DNA from: an uncultured Porphyromonadaceae bacterium
GTDB lineage: Bacteria; Bacteroidota; Bacteroidia; Bacteroidales; Muribaculaceae
NCBI GenBank assembly: GCA_947174335.1
Contig: CAMWIM010000004.1
Location: 6,997 to 70,996 of the forward strand
Reading direction: 5' to 3'
Length of the DNA: 64,000 bases
The notes under the pieces are model-generated. The model made no database searches. It was given only the letters and a program-made list of their open reading frames with translations, and was not told the origin of the DNA. Of the stretch, positions 55,027 through 64,000 are shown piece after piece (the stretch's first letter is position 1; every line of letters starts with the position of its first letter). Made by a program: the position numbers and the translations under genes.

Positions 55027-57381
55027 TTAATACTTGATGGTTATATCGCTGTTTTTGCCTGTCACATATTTAGATTCAAATGTGAGGGTATGTTTTACAG
55101 CGTCAAAAATAAATCGTTTGAGTTTGGTGCCATCTACTGTTATTGATTTTGGTGATGACACATTATATAATTTAAATGTAAGACGTTTGCCTGTCTTGTC
55201 GGGAATACCGTTTTCAACCGTAGAGATTGAAAAAGTAGTCTCATTATCAGCTGTTTTTGCATTGATTTTGATGAGGTTATACGGTGCATTACCCGATGTC
55301 GGAGTTTTCAAATCATCTTCATATATCAATCCCGAACCCTCACAATTGTCAACCGAATAGTAGTTGAGAGTATAACGCGAAGTCGAATAGTCGCCGGTGT
55401 TTCTCATCGGATAATCGGCTGTCGGGATAACAGCCCCGGCTTTGACAAACAGTGGGAGGATGTGCAGCGGTGCGTTATAGTTGATTGTGTCGGGTCCGTT
55501 ATAAATTGTCGTGGGATTGTTGTAGTCAACCCAAGTGCCTTCGGGTAAAATGACATCGCGGCTTGTTGCGCCCTGATGAAGAATCGGAGCGACGAGCAAA
55601 TCGGATCCCCACATATATTCGTTTTCAATCGAGTTAAGTTCTGACCGACGGGTGTAGTCAACCGGGCGAACCAACGGCATACCGGTAGTTGTATTTTCAA
55701 AAGCCAACGTGTAGTTATAGGGCAACCAACGATAGCGTTCCTTGATGAGCGGTTTAATGATACCGTTGTATTCGGGGTAGTGATATGGCTCTGCCATGAC
55801 TGTGGCATGGGTTCGCAAAACCGGTGAGAATAATCCGAGTTGTAGCCAGCGAACATATAGTTCGGGATCGGTCGGATGTTTAGGGTCAACGGCAAAACCG
55901 CCGACATCATGGCTCATGTAGCCGAGTCCGCTCATTCCCGAATTAAGCATGATTTTGATTTGAGGTTGCAATCCTCCCCATGAACGCGAAACGTCAGTTG
56001 ACCATGGAAAGACATTGAATCTTTGCAATCCGGTAGTACCGCCACGCATCAGCGACATCAGTCGGGTTGTAGGATACTGCTCTTTATAAAGATTATAGAT
56101 GATTTCGCTCCAGTCGTTACCATATCTGTTATGATATTCACGGGCAGTCAATCCGTTGGCGTGAATCATCGATTCGGGATGAACTTCAGGTTCGCCAAGG
56201 TCGCCCCACCATCCGGTAACGCCCTCGTCGGTCAGCTTTTTATAGCGGTCGCTGAGCCATTTGCGGGTGTCGGGGTTTGACACGTCAAACATACCGCCTT
56301 CGCCAACCCAAATCTTTACCTCGTGGGTTTGACCAAGAGAGTCACGTCCAAAAAGACCTTGCTCCGAGAGGGTGTTGTAGTTTTCGAGACCACGTCCGTT
56401 TTTAAGGACATAGGGCTGAGAGATAGGAATCAGATTGACACCGCGACGTTTAAGATTGCGAAGCATTTTGATATGGTCGGGCCATTGTGATTTTTCCCAT
56501 GACAATGATCCCATATCCTGCTCTTTGCCATACCAATAAAGGTCGAGTACGATGCCGTCGACAGGATAGCCTTCACGCTGGAGGGTATCGATAACACCCT
56601 CGGTTTCAGTTTGGTCGTGATAACCATATTTTGAAGTGATATACCCTAAAGCCCATAACGGAGGCAATTCCTGACGTCCGGTCAATTGAGAAAGCAATTT
56701 GATTGTGCCTTGAAGCGAACTATCATTGTCGCCACCCGAAATGAAATAATAAGAAATCGGAGTTTTCAGATTTTCGGTGACATATTCCATCGGGTTGTTG
56801 AGAATGAGTGTCGAGGCTGCAAAATCATCAAACAAAAGTGCATATCCGTTGTCGCTGATGAAAAGTGGCATTGTTATACCCATCTGTGAGATGCGCTTGT
56901 CCCCCTCGGTATATCCGTAATTCTGGCGGTTGTAGTTTACCAACGTATCACCTCTGAGGTTCAGACTGTTTCCACGTTCGCCTCCGCCAAAAATCTGAGT
57001 GGTATGGTCGGGAGTAAATATTTTGATGATACGTTTGCCGTATATATCTTCGGGAAAACCTTCATCGACAATGGTGCGACTGCCTCCGGCTGAGAGCACA
57101 ACGCTGTTGCCGGTAATTGTAGCCGACAATCCTGCAGGTGTTATGATGGTCGTAGTTTTACCGATTGTCACGTGCTTGCACTCCATCTCCTTGTTCTTGA
57201 TGTCAAGCACCATGTAGACAGGAGAATACTCATTGCCCTCCCAGTCGTCGGGGGTATAGGTCACACGAAAAATGTTGGGTGTGATAGCCTCGACCGAGCG
57301 AGTGAAAGAGACCTTGCCGTTCACCTGCAAAAACGCAGCGGCTATGAGAGAAAGAGTAAGTAAATGTCGCAGTTTGTTCAT
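55027..57381 (-). CDS. glycoside hydrolase family 31 (alpha-glucosidase/xylosidase-like), secreted
   Basis: Signal peptide. DGIVLDLYWYG and GWWGDLGEPE (catalytic nucleophile region), typical of Bacteroidetes GH31. Confidence 0.8.
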   Translation of the reverse strand: MNKLRHLLTLSLIAAAFLQVNGKVSFTRSVEAITPNIFRVTYTPDDWEGNEYSPVYMVLDIKNKEMECKHVTIGKTTTIITPAGLSATITGNSVVLSAGGSRTIVDEGFPEDIYGKRIIKIFTPDHTTQIFGGGERGNSLNLRGDTLVNYNRQNYGYTEGDKRISQMGITMPLFISDNGYALLFDDFAASTLILNNPMEYVTENLKTPISYYFISGGDNDSSLQGTIKLLSQLTGRQELPPLWALGYITSKYGYHDQTETEGVIDTLQREGYPVDGIVLDLYWYGKEQDMGSLSWEKSQWPDHIKMLRNLKRRGVNLIPISQPYVLKNGRGLENYNTLSEQGLFGRDSLGQTHEVKIWVGEGGMFDVSNPDTRKWLSDRYKKLTDEGVTGWWGDLGEPEVHPESMIHANGLTAREYHNRYGNDWSEIIYNLYKEQYPTTRLMSLMRGGTTGLQRFNVFPWSTDVSRSWGGLQPQIKIMLNSGMSGLGYMSHDVGGFAVDPKHPTDPELYVRWLQLGLFSPVLRTHATVMAEPYHYPEYNGIIKPLIKERYRWLPYNYTLAFENTTTGMPLVRPVDYTRRSELNSIENEYMWGSDLLVAPILHQGATSRDVILPEGTWVDYNNPTTIYNGPDTINYNAPLHILPLFVKAGAVIPTADYPMRNTGDYSTSRYTLNYYSVDNCEGSGLIYEDDLKTPTSGNAPYNLIKINAKTADNETTFSISTVENGIPDKTGKRLTFKLYNVSSPKSITVDGTKLKRFIFDAVKHTLTFESKYVTGKNSDITIKY

Positions 57382-57434
57382 CGTTTTTACAATTTGGGCA
57401 ATCGGTAAGAAAAAAATTAGCTCAACAACTTGGT

Positions 57435-58430
57435 TTAGCTGAATGTAGAGGCAAGGCGTTTGATGGCGGTTTCAACCGAAACGCGTTTGTATAGAATGTC
57501 GTAAACCGTGTTAAGGATTGGCATATCAACACCATAATTGGCGTTGATTTCATATATACATTTTGTGCCGTAATAACCCTCAGCAGTCTGTTCCATTTCC
57601 ATGCGGGCGGCTTTGACCGAATATCCCTTACCGATCATCGAACCGAAGTTGTGGTTGCGTGAGAATCGTGAATAAGCGGTCACGAGAAGATCACCCATAT
57701 AAACCGAGTCGCAAATTTGACGCGGACGCGGGCAAGCTGTTTCAAGAAAGCGTTCCATTTCGCGGATAGCGTTGCTGACAAGCATTGCAAGGAAGTTGTC
57801 GCCTCGTTTCATACCATGAATAATACCGGCAGCGATAGCATAGATATTTTTAAGAACGCCTGCATATTCGATACCCTCGACATCGTTTGACGTGATGGCG
57901 TGGGCAGTCTTTGATACAAGACATTTTGAGAAGTCGTTGGCATTGAAAATGTCAGAACTTCCCACTGTCAGGTAGCAGGGGCGGTCAAGTGCGACCTCCT
58001 CGGCGTGGCAGGGTCCTGAAATGACAAGAATATTATCAGGCGAAACACCGAATTTCTCGACCATATAGTCTGAGATCAGCATATTTTCGTCAGGCACAAG
58101 TCCCTTGACAGCGTTTATAACATACTTTTGGCTTATATCGACCTTGAGTTTTGCCAAATGGTCCTTAAAATAGGGAGAAGGCATCACCAAGAGGAGGGTA
58201 TCACATTCAGAGCAAACCTTGTTGATGTCACTCGAAAAGTTGATACGTTCAATATCAAACATTACGTCGGTCAGATAGGCGGGATTGTGTCTCAGATGTT
58301 TAAACTCTTCGATACGATCGTCGCGACGCATGTACCATGTTATTTGTTCACAGTTATTCATTAACAGTTTGGCGAGTGCGGTAGCCCAGCTACCACCGCC
58401 CATTACTGCTATATTACCCGGAAAACTCAT
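57435..58430 (-). CDS. gpsA: NAD(P)H-dependent glycerol-3-phosphate dehydrogenase
   Basis: GGGSWATALA Rossmann motif. 331 aa. GpsA-like throughout. Confidence 0.9.
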   Translation of the reverse strand: MSFPGNIAVMGGGSWATALAKLLMNNCEQITWYMRRDDRIEEFKHLRHNPAYLTDVMFDIERINFSSDINKVCSECDTLLLVMPSPYFKDHLAKLKVDISQKYVINAVKGLVPDENMLISDYMVEKFGVSPDNILVISGPCHAEEVALDRPCYLTVGSSDIFNANDFSKCLVSKTAHAITSNDVEGIEYAGVLKNIYAIAAGIIHGMKRGDNFLAMLVSNAIREMERFLETACPRPRQICDSVYMGDLLVTAYSRFSRNHNFGSMIGKGYSVKAARMEMEQTAEGYYGTKCIYEINANYGVDMPILNTVYDILYKRVSVETAIKRLASTFS

Positions 58431-58459
58431 CTTGTTTTGGTTGTATGTGGTTGGTATAT

Positions 58460-60199
58460 TTAGCAGCTTGCAGCCGCTTTCTCAATCCAGGCGCCAACCT
58501 CTTCGATTGTAGGGTTGGTGAGTTCGAGTTTGAATTTCTTATTGAGTCCGCAGAGCTCCTGATGGAGTTTGCCTGCCGATGTCACGGCACCGAGCATCGC
58601 AACGGTGACGATCCCATTTTTTTGAAGCGGTGCCACCCATTCAGCCGGCACACCGATTTCGGTATAGGCTTCCTCGCGGTCGCGTTTCTGAACTTTTTCG
58701 GGACGCATCTGGGGGAAGAACAACACTTCTTGGATGGTGGTCTGACCGGTCATCAACATAACGAGTCGGTCCATGCCGATACCCATTCCCGATGTCGGGG
58801 GCATACCATATTCGAGAGCGCGTATAAAGTCGTGGTCGATAATCATTGCCTCGTCATCGCCCTTCTCGCCGAGTTTCATCTGCTCGACAAAACGCTCATA
58901 TTGATCAATCGGGTCATTAAGCTCTGAGTATGCATTGCAAAGTTCCTTGCCATTAACCATAAGCTCAAAACGTTCGGTCAATTCAGGATTGTTGCGGTGA
59001 CGTTTGGTGAGAGGTGACATTTCGATGGGGTAGTCGATGATGAATGTGGGCTGAATGTAATTGCCTTCACATTTTTCACCGAATATTTCGTCGATGAGTT
59101 TACCTTTACCCATTGATTCATCAATTTCGATGTCGAGTTTTTTGCAAACATCGCGGAGCTGATCTTCGTTCATACCGGTGATGTCAATGCCTGTAAATTC
59201 TTTGATAGCATCAATCATTGTCACGCGACGGAACGGAGTTTTGAAATCAATTTCGTTGTCGCCGACTTTAACTTTGGTGGTGCCGTTCACTTCGAGACAG
59301 ATGCGTTCGAGCATATTCTCGGTGAAGGTCATCATCCAGTTATAGTCTTTATAGGGAACATAGATTTCAGTACATGTAAACTCGGGATTGTGGGTGCGGT
59401 CCATACCCTCGTTTCTGAAGTTCTTGCCAATTTCATATACACCGTCAAGACCGCCGACAATAAGGCGTTTCAAGTAAAGCTCGGTTGCGATACGAAGGTA
59501 AAGATCCATGTCGAGGGTGTTGTGGTGGGTAATGAACGGACGAGCCGATGCTCCACCTGCAATTGACTGTAGGATAGGAGTCTCAACCTCAACATAGCCA
59601 TGCTCGTTAAAGTAGTTGCGCATCGAGTTGTAAACCTTGCTGCGTTTTAGGAAGATATCTTTGACACCTTCGTTTACAACGAGGTCAACATAACGGCGGC
59701 GGTAACGAAGCTCGGGGTCGTCAAACGCGTCATAGGTCACACCGTCTTTCACTTTCACGATAGGAAGCGGACGAAGCGATTTGGCAAGCACGGTCAAACT
59801 TTGAGCGTGAATTGAAATCTCGCCTGTTTGTGTACGGAAAACATAACCTTCGACACCGATAAAATCGCCGATGTCAAGAAGTTTTTTGAATACTACGTTA
59901 TAGAGGTCTTTATTTTCGTCGGGGCAAATTTCGTCACGGTTGATATAAATTTGAATACGACCATCGCCATCCTGAAGCTCGACAAACGAGGCTTTACCCA
60001 TGATACGGCGGCTCATGATTCGTCCGGCAACCGCCACGTCGCGGCGAGGAGCGTCATCCTTGAAATTTTCTTTTATCTCCTCGGTGTGTCCGGTTACAAC
60101 ATATTCTGCTGCGGGGTAAGGGTCAATTCCGAGGTCACGCATTGCCTGAAGGCTGTTGCGGCGTACAATTTCCTGTTCGCTCAATTCAAGTGGATTCAT
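58460..60199 (-). CDS. lysS: lysine--tRNA ligase (class II) with the Bacteroidetes-type C-terminal extension
   Basis: The internal ATG at 60199 gives MNPLELSEQEIVRRNSL. Class II motifs present (FRNEG, GMGIGMDRLVM). Confidence 0.95.
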   Translation of the reverse strand: MNPLELSEQEIVRRNSLQAMRDLGIDPYPAAEYVVTGHTEEIKENFKDDAPRRDVAVAGRIMSRRIMGKASFVELQDGDGRIQIYINRDEICPDENKDLYNVVFKKLLDIGDFIGVEGYVFRTQTGEISIHAQSLTVLAKSLRPLPIVKVKDGVTYDAFDDPELRYRRRYVDLVVNEGVKDIFLKRSKVYNSMRNYFNEHGYVEVETPILQSIAGGASARPFITHHNTLDMDLYLRIATELYLKRLIVGGLDGVYEIGKNFRNEGMDRTHNPEFTCTEIYVPYKDYNWMMTFTENMLERICLEVNGTTKVKVGDNEIDFKTPFRRVTMIDAIKEFTGIDITGMNEDQLRDVCKKLDIEIDESMGKGKLIDEIFGEKCEGNYIQPTFIIDYPIEMSPLTKRHRNNPELTERFELMVNGKELCNAYSELNDPIDQYERFVEQMKLGEKGDDEAMIIDHDFIRALEYGMPPTSGMGIGMDRLVMLMTGQTTIQEVLFFPQMRPEKVQKRDREEAYTEIGVPAEWVAPLQKNGIVTVAMLGAVTSAGKLHQELCGLNKKFKLELTNPTIEEVGAWIEKAAASC

Positions 60200-60414
60200 A
60201 TAATAGTTTTGTCTGTGAATAGTAATATTTTTTGCAAATTTAGTCAAAAATAACGAGATAATTCGATTTTGACATAAAAAGCAGCCTGTCACATCTGTTA
60301 ATAATACATAACTTACACACATCCTTTAAAAAATATGGCGCATTGCGACTTCCTTTTCAAGTTTTTCACTACCTTTGCAAAAAATAAATTTCATACCTAA
60401 AAATCATCAATCTA

Positions 60415-61635
60415 ATGAACGTAGTCGACCGCTTTCTCAAATATGTCAAATTTGACACTCAGAGCGATGAACTCACCGGAATGACCCCGTCAACTCCCGG
60501 TCAAATGGAATTTGCTCAATACCTTGAAGGTGTTTTGCGAGAAATGAAACTTGCCAATATTTCACTCGACGAGAATGGTTATCTGATGGCAACTCTCCCT
60601 TCAAACATCGATAAAAAAGTGCCTGTTGTCGGTTTCATTGCCCATCTCGATACATCGCCCGATATGTCGGGCCATAACGTATCGCCACGCATCGTTGAAA
60701 AATATGACGGCAACGATATTATTCTCAATGCCGAGCAAAATATTGTCCTTTCGCCGGCAGAGTTTCCCGAACTTCTCAAGTACAAGGAACAGGATTTGAT
60801 CGTAACTGATGGTAAAACCCTTCTTGGTGCCGACGACAAAGCCGGTATCGCCGAAATTATTTCAGCCGTAGCCTATCTTCAGGAGCATCCCGAAATCAAA
60901 CATGGCGACATACGCATCGCTTTCAACCCCGATGAGGAAATCGGTATGGGTGCCCACAAGTTTGATGTAAAACGATTTGGATGTGAGTGGGCTTACACAA
61001 TGGATGGCGGCGAAATTGGCGAACTCGAATATGAAAACTTCAACGCTGCTGTCGCTAAAATCACATTCAAGGGTCGCAATGTTCACCCCGGATATGCAAA
61101 ACATAAAATGATTAACTCAATCCGCATTGCCAACCAGTTTGCAATTATGCTTCCCCGTTGGGAAACTCCTGAACATACTGAGGGTTATGAAGGATTTTAT
61201 CATCTTGTTAATATCGAGGGTTCGGTTGAGCAAACCGTTCTCACCTACATAATTCGTGACCACGACCGAGACCGTTTTGAACGTCGCAAAGAGGAATTCC
61301 GTCACCTTGTCCGCAAGATTAACCACGAGTTCCCCGATTGTGCGTCACTCGAAATCAAGGATCAATACTACAACATGAGAGAGAAAGTCGAGCCGCTTCC
61401 CCATATCATTGACATTGCCAAACAGGCAATGGTTGATGCCGGTGTGACCCCTGTGGTTGTTCCCATTCGTGGCGGTACAGACGGCGCTCAGCTCTCATTC
61501 AAGGGACTCCCTTGTCCCAACATCTTTGCCGGTGGTTTGAACTTCCACGGTCGCTTTGAATTTGTACCCATTCCGTCAATGGAAAAAGCAACACAAGTGA
61601 TTGTCGAAATCTGCCGCATCGTTGCAGAACGATAA
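60415..61635 (+). CDS. pepT: peptidase T (tripeptide aminopeptidase)
   Basis: [17 protein letters not shown]-terminus. M20B metal ligands (HLDT, GADDKAG). 406 aa. Confidence 0.95.
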   Translation: MNVVDRFLKYVKFDTQSDELTGMTPSTPGQMEFAQYLEGVLREMKLANISLDENGYLMATLPSNIDKKVPVVGFIAHLDTSPDMSGHNVSPRIVEKYDGNDIILNAEQNIVLSPAEFPELLKYKEQDLIVTDGKTLLGADDKAGIAEIISAVAYLQEHPEIKHGDIRIAFNPDEEIGMGAHKFDVKRFGCEWAYTMDGGEIGELEYENFNAAVAKITFKGRNVHPGYAKHKMINSIRIANQFAIMLPRWETPEHTEGYEGFYHLVNIEGSVEQTVLTYIIRDHDRDRFERRKEEFRHLVRKINHEFPDCASLEIKDQYYNMREKVEPLPHIIDIAKQAMVDAGVTPVVVPIRGGTDGAQLSFKGLPCPNIFAGGLNFHGRFEFVPIPSMEKATQVIVEICRIVAER

Positions 61636-61636
61636 T

Positions 61637-62536
61637 ATGCATTGTCTAATCGTTATAACCGGCGCAACGGCGTCGGGAAAAACATCAGTCGCAGTCGAGC
61701 TTGCAAAAAAGCTCGGCTGCGATATTATTTCTGCCGACTCGCGTCAAATTTTTAGACAAATTCCAATCGGTACGGCAACCCCGACTCCCGATGAGATGGC
61801 AGGTGTCACCCACCACTTCATCAGTTGTAAAAATCTTGATGAATATTATAGTGCGGCAGCCTTTGAGACTGATGTGCTGGCTCTGTTGCAAAAGCTATGG
61901 CAGACAAACGATTATGCAATTCTATGTGGTGGCTCGATGATGTATGTCGATGCGGTTGTAAACGGTATTGACGATCTTCCCGACATTTCTCCTGCAATCA
62001 GACAACACGCTGCCTCAATATATCGCGACGGTGGAATCGAAGCTATCCGCGCCCAACTTGAAATTCTCGACCCTGACTATTATCAACAGGTTGACCTCAA
62101 TAATCACAAACGTCTCATCCATGCTGTCGAAATTTGTTTACAAGCCGGCAAGCCTTATTCGTCTCTACGAACCGGTCAACGAAAACAGCGTGATTTCAAG
62201 ATACTTAAATTTGCAATCGATCTCGATCGCAAACAACTCTTTGACCGCATCAACCGCCGTGTCGAAATGATGATTGAAGCCGGACTTGAAGATGAGGCAC
62301 GCCGGGTATATCCGTTGCGCAATCTCAATTCGCTTAACACCGTGGGCTACAAGGAGATGTTTGCTATGTTTGACGGCGTAATGGACCGCGAAACCGCCAT
62401 TGCCCGACTTCAAAAAAATACCCGAGTGTTCGCTAAAAAACAACTTACTTGGCTAAAGCGTGACCCGTCGATGATTTACGTTCAATATCCAGACATTGCC
62501 GATAAAATTTATAATTATATCATCAACCACCAATGA
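61637..62536 (+). CDS. miaA: tRNA dimethylallyltransferase
   Basis: The ATG at 61637 gives MHCLIVITGATASGKTS (P-loop), then ISADSRQIF. Confidence 0.9.
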   Translation: MHCLIVITGATASGKTSVAVELAKKLGCDIISADSRQIFRQIPIGTATPTPDEMAGVTHHFISCKNLDEYYSAAAFETDVLALLQKLWQTNDYAILCGGSMMYVDAVVNGIDDLPDISPAIRQHAASIYRDGGIEAIRAQLEILDPDYYQQVDLNNHKRLIHAVEICLQAGKPYSSLRTGQRKQRDFKILKFAIDLDRKQLFDRINRRVEMMIEAGLEDEARRVYPLRNLNSLNTVGYKEMFAMFDGVMDRETAIARLQKNTRVFAKKQLTWLKRDPSMIYVQYPDIADKIYNYIINHQ

Positions 62537-63033
62537 CAGCCCGCGATTTTGAACTCTATTTCAAGCGACTCTATTTGCCCCTGGGAATGTATGCCCTGAG
62601 GTTTGTTGATGATGTCGCTGTCTCAGAGGATCTGGTGCAGGAAGCGTTTATGAAAGCGTGGCTCTATCTCGAAAATGGTGGAGCGATCGACAACATTCAA
62701 GCGTTTATGTATCGATCTGTCCGTAACGGATGTTTGACGTGGCTGAGACAGCAGCGCGAAACCCTTGATGAGAGTTTTATTCCCGAAGTCGGAGAGGAAG
62801 AAATCGACACCTCGTTCCGTGATGCAAAAATATGGCGAGCAATCGATGAGCTACCCGAAAAATGTCGCCAAATTTTCTTAATGAGCAAACAAGACGGCTT
62901 GTCAAACGAAGAAATCGCTATCGAACTCGACATCTCAATAAAGACCGTCAAAAATCAGATGACCAAAGCCTTGTCACGCCTACGAGAAGCATTATCAACC
63001 AACCACAAACCATTCTTTTTACCATTTTTGTAA
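62533..63033 (+). CDS. ECF-type RNA polymerase sigma-70 factor
   Basis: Region 2 (DLVQEAFMKAW) and region 4 (LSNEEIAIELDISIKTVKNQM). ATGA overlap with miaA. Confidence 0.8.
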   Translation: MTARDFELYFKRLYLPLGMYALRFVDDVAVSEDLVQEAFMKAWLYLENGGAIDNIQAFMYRSVRNGCLTWLRQQRETLDESFIPEVGEEEIDTSFRDAKIWRAIDELPEKCRQIFLMSKQDGLSNEEIAIELDISIKTVKNQMTKALSRLREALSTNHKPFFLPFL

Positions 63034-63202
63034 AAACATCTATAATTATAATGAGAGTAGAATAAGAGAATTGCCCTTGATCATAAATAACAGGTTTTAT
63101 TTATAATAGAGATCATCGTATCAGCTTAATAGGGAAAAATTTTGAATTGAGTGTAACTTTTATGGTTGTTTTTGCACCTAACGTTACAAAAACATCAAGA
63201 AA

Positions 63203-63697
63203 ATGAAAAGTCCACTAAAAACAAGTAGGGAGTTTGCCTCTTTTATCAAGAAGCATTCCCGTATCATCAACAAGGTCTGTTGGACATACGCTACCCCAAA
63301 AGTCCCTTATGAGGATCTACGTCAGGAAATCCTTACCAGCCTTTGGTTGGGTTTAGAGCAATTCCGGGGTACGAGCAAACTATCTACCTGGGTTTATCGG
63401 GTTGCTGTCAACTCAGCCTTAATGGCAATTCGCAATTACAAGCCGAAAGTTGAAACACTCCACTTTGAGATTTCTGCTGTCGATATTTCTTCGGAATCAG
63501 ACAATAACAAGGCGGAGCAGCTTACAGCTCTACACGAACTGATAAACCAACTTCTCCCGATTGAGAAAGCGATTATTCTGCTTTGGCTTGATGAATACTC
63601 ATATGAGGAAATTGCAGACATAATCGGTATCGAAAGGAACAATGTGGCTACCAAACTTCACAGGATTAAAAACAAACTCATTTCAAAATCGAAATAA
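63203..63697 (+). CDS. ECF-type RNA polymerase sigma factor (second copy)
   Basis: Region 2 (DLRQEILTSLW...WVYRVAVN) and region 4 (YSYEEIADIIGIERNNVATKLHRIK). Confidence 0.8.
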   Translation: MKSPLKTSREFASFIKKHSRIINKVCWTYATPKVPYEDLRQEILTSLWLGLEQFRGTSKLSTWVYRVAVNSALMAIRNYKPKVETLHFEISAVDISSESDNNKAEQLTALHELINQLLPIEKAIILLWLDEYSYEEIADIIGIERNNVATKLHRIKNKLISKSK

Positions 63698-63698
63698 T

Positions 63699-64000
63699 AT
63701 GAACTTAGACGAACTCAAAAAAAGCATGTCAACTCTCGATGACGTACTCGCTCAAAAAAACAACGAGCCAATCAGCTTCAACACCGGGACTTGTTCTTCG
63801 GCACAATCTCGCATAGCCAAACAATACCGCAAAAGCATTCTGAATTGTAGTGTACTGGCTGCAGTGTTCATCATTCTCTGGCTCAGCGGAACAGACGAAA
63901 GTGCTTTCCCGGTTGCAATGAAAGGATTTCTTGGAATCTTCATGGCTGTAGCTGCAATAGTTTATATTGTTTTGTACCGCTCAATCAAAAAGATTCAGCC
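63699..64000 (+). CDS. 5' part of a membrane protein (possible anti-sigma partner); runs off the window
   Basis: ATG 1 nt after the sigma-factor stop. The frame is open to the window end. Hydrophobic segments VLAAVFIILWL and FLGIFMAVAAIVYIVL. Confidence 0.4.
   Translation, partial: MNLDELKKSMSTLDDVLAQKNNEPISFNTGTCSSAQSRIAKQYRKSILNCSVLAAVFIILWLSGTDESAFPVAMKGFLGIFMAVAAIVYIVLYRSIKKIQ

Noticed and set aside
54424-60253. Antisense ORFs in core genes (54424..54837, 55404..55910, 58445..58927, 59828..60253, 38796..39209)
   Set aside because: Each lies opposite a housekeeping gene with strong family signatures (sdaA, GH31, lysS, GT2). These are typical shadow ORFs of higher-GC coding regions.
1-64000. 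Search for a diversity-generating retroelement or retron near the LRR genes, and for tRNA, rRNA or CRISPR
   Set aside because: No reverse-transcriptase-like ORF, template/variable repeat pair, tRNA-like sequence, rRNA or spaced repeat array was seen.

Overview
The window looks like a Bacteroidales chromosomal segment. Support for that: many lipoprotein signal peptides, type V pilin-like genes, BACON and FISUMP domains, and TAnnTTTG -7 promoter boxes in front of many genes. I found no rRNA, tRNA, CRISPR array, integrase or transposase.

Layout:
- 1-5.4 kb: Mfa/fimbrillin-like lipoprotein cluster.
- 5.6-10.3 kb: minus-strand operon headed by a BACON + leucine-rich-repeat (LRR) surface lipoprotein.
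- 10.8-14.4 kb: toxin-antitoxin and kinase islet.
- 14.7-18.5 kb: MFS transporter and a second LRR paralog.
- 18.7-22 kb: AlbA_2/Schlafen-like protein, HD protein and a small lipoprotein.
- 22.6-31.5 kb: core genes (greA, HIT, CDF, ABC, RluA).
- 31.5-36.5 kb: AT-rich cassette bracketed by two domain-swapped paralogs that share a 290-bp identical core.
- 36.6-40.6 kb: core envelope genes.
- 40.6-43.8 kb: two-methyltransferase + HNH restriction-modification operon.
- 44.0-45.3 kb: mtaB.
- 45.7-51.7 kb: AT-rich six-gene operon.
- 52.2-64 kb: housekeeping genes (lolE-like, rbfA, sdaA, GH31, gpsA, lysS, pepT, miaA, two ECF sigma factors).

Two results stand out.
1. The six-gene operon encodes radical SAM, ParB-like, PD-(D/E)xK, SNF2 helicase, ParB-like and an unknown protein. 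I cannot match this composition to any named defence or DNA-modification system.
2. A roughly 300-nt structured 5' leader occurs three times on the minus strand. Each copy has its own TAnnTTTG promoter, a small hairpin, an 11-nt box complementary to the loop of a long hairpin, and a U-tract after that hairpin. The stems covary between copies. The copies sit in front of the LRR operon, a small lipoprotein gene and the six-gene operon. This looks like a shared attenuator or riboregulator.

All hand-derived coordinates may be off by a few nucleotides.
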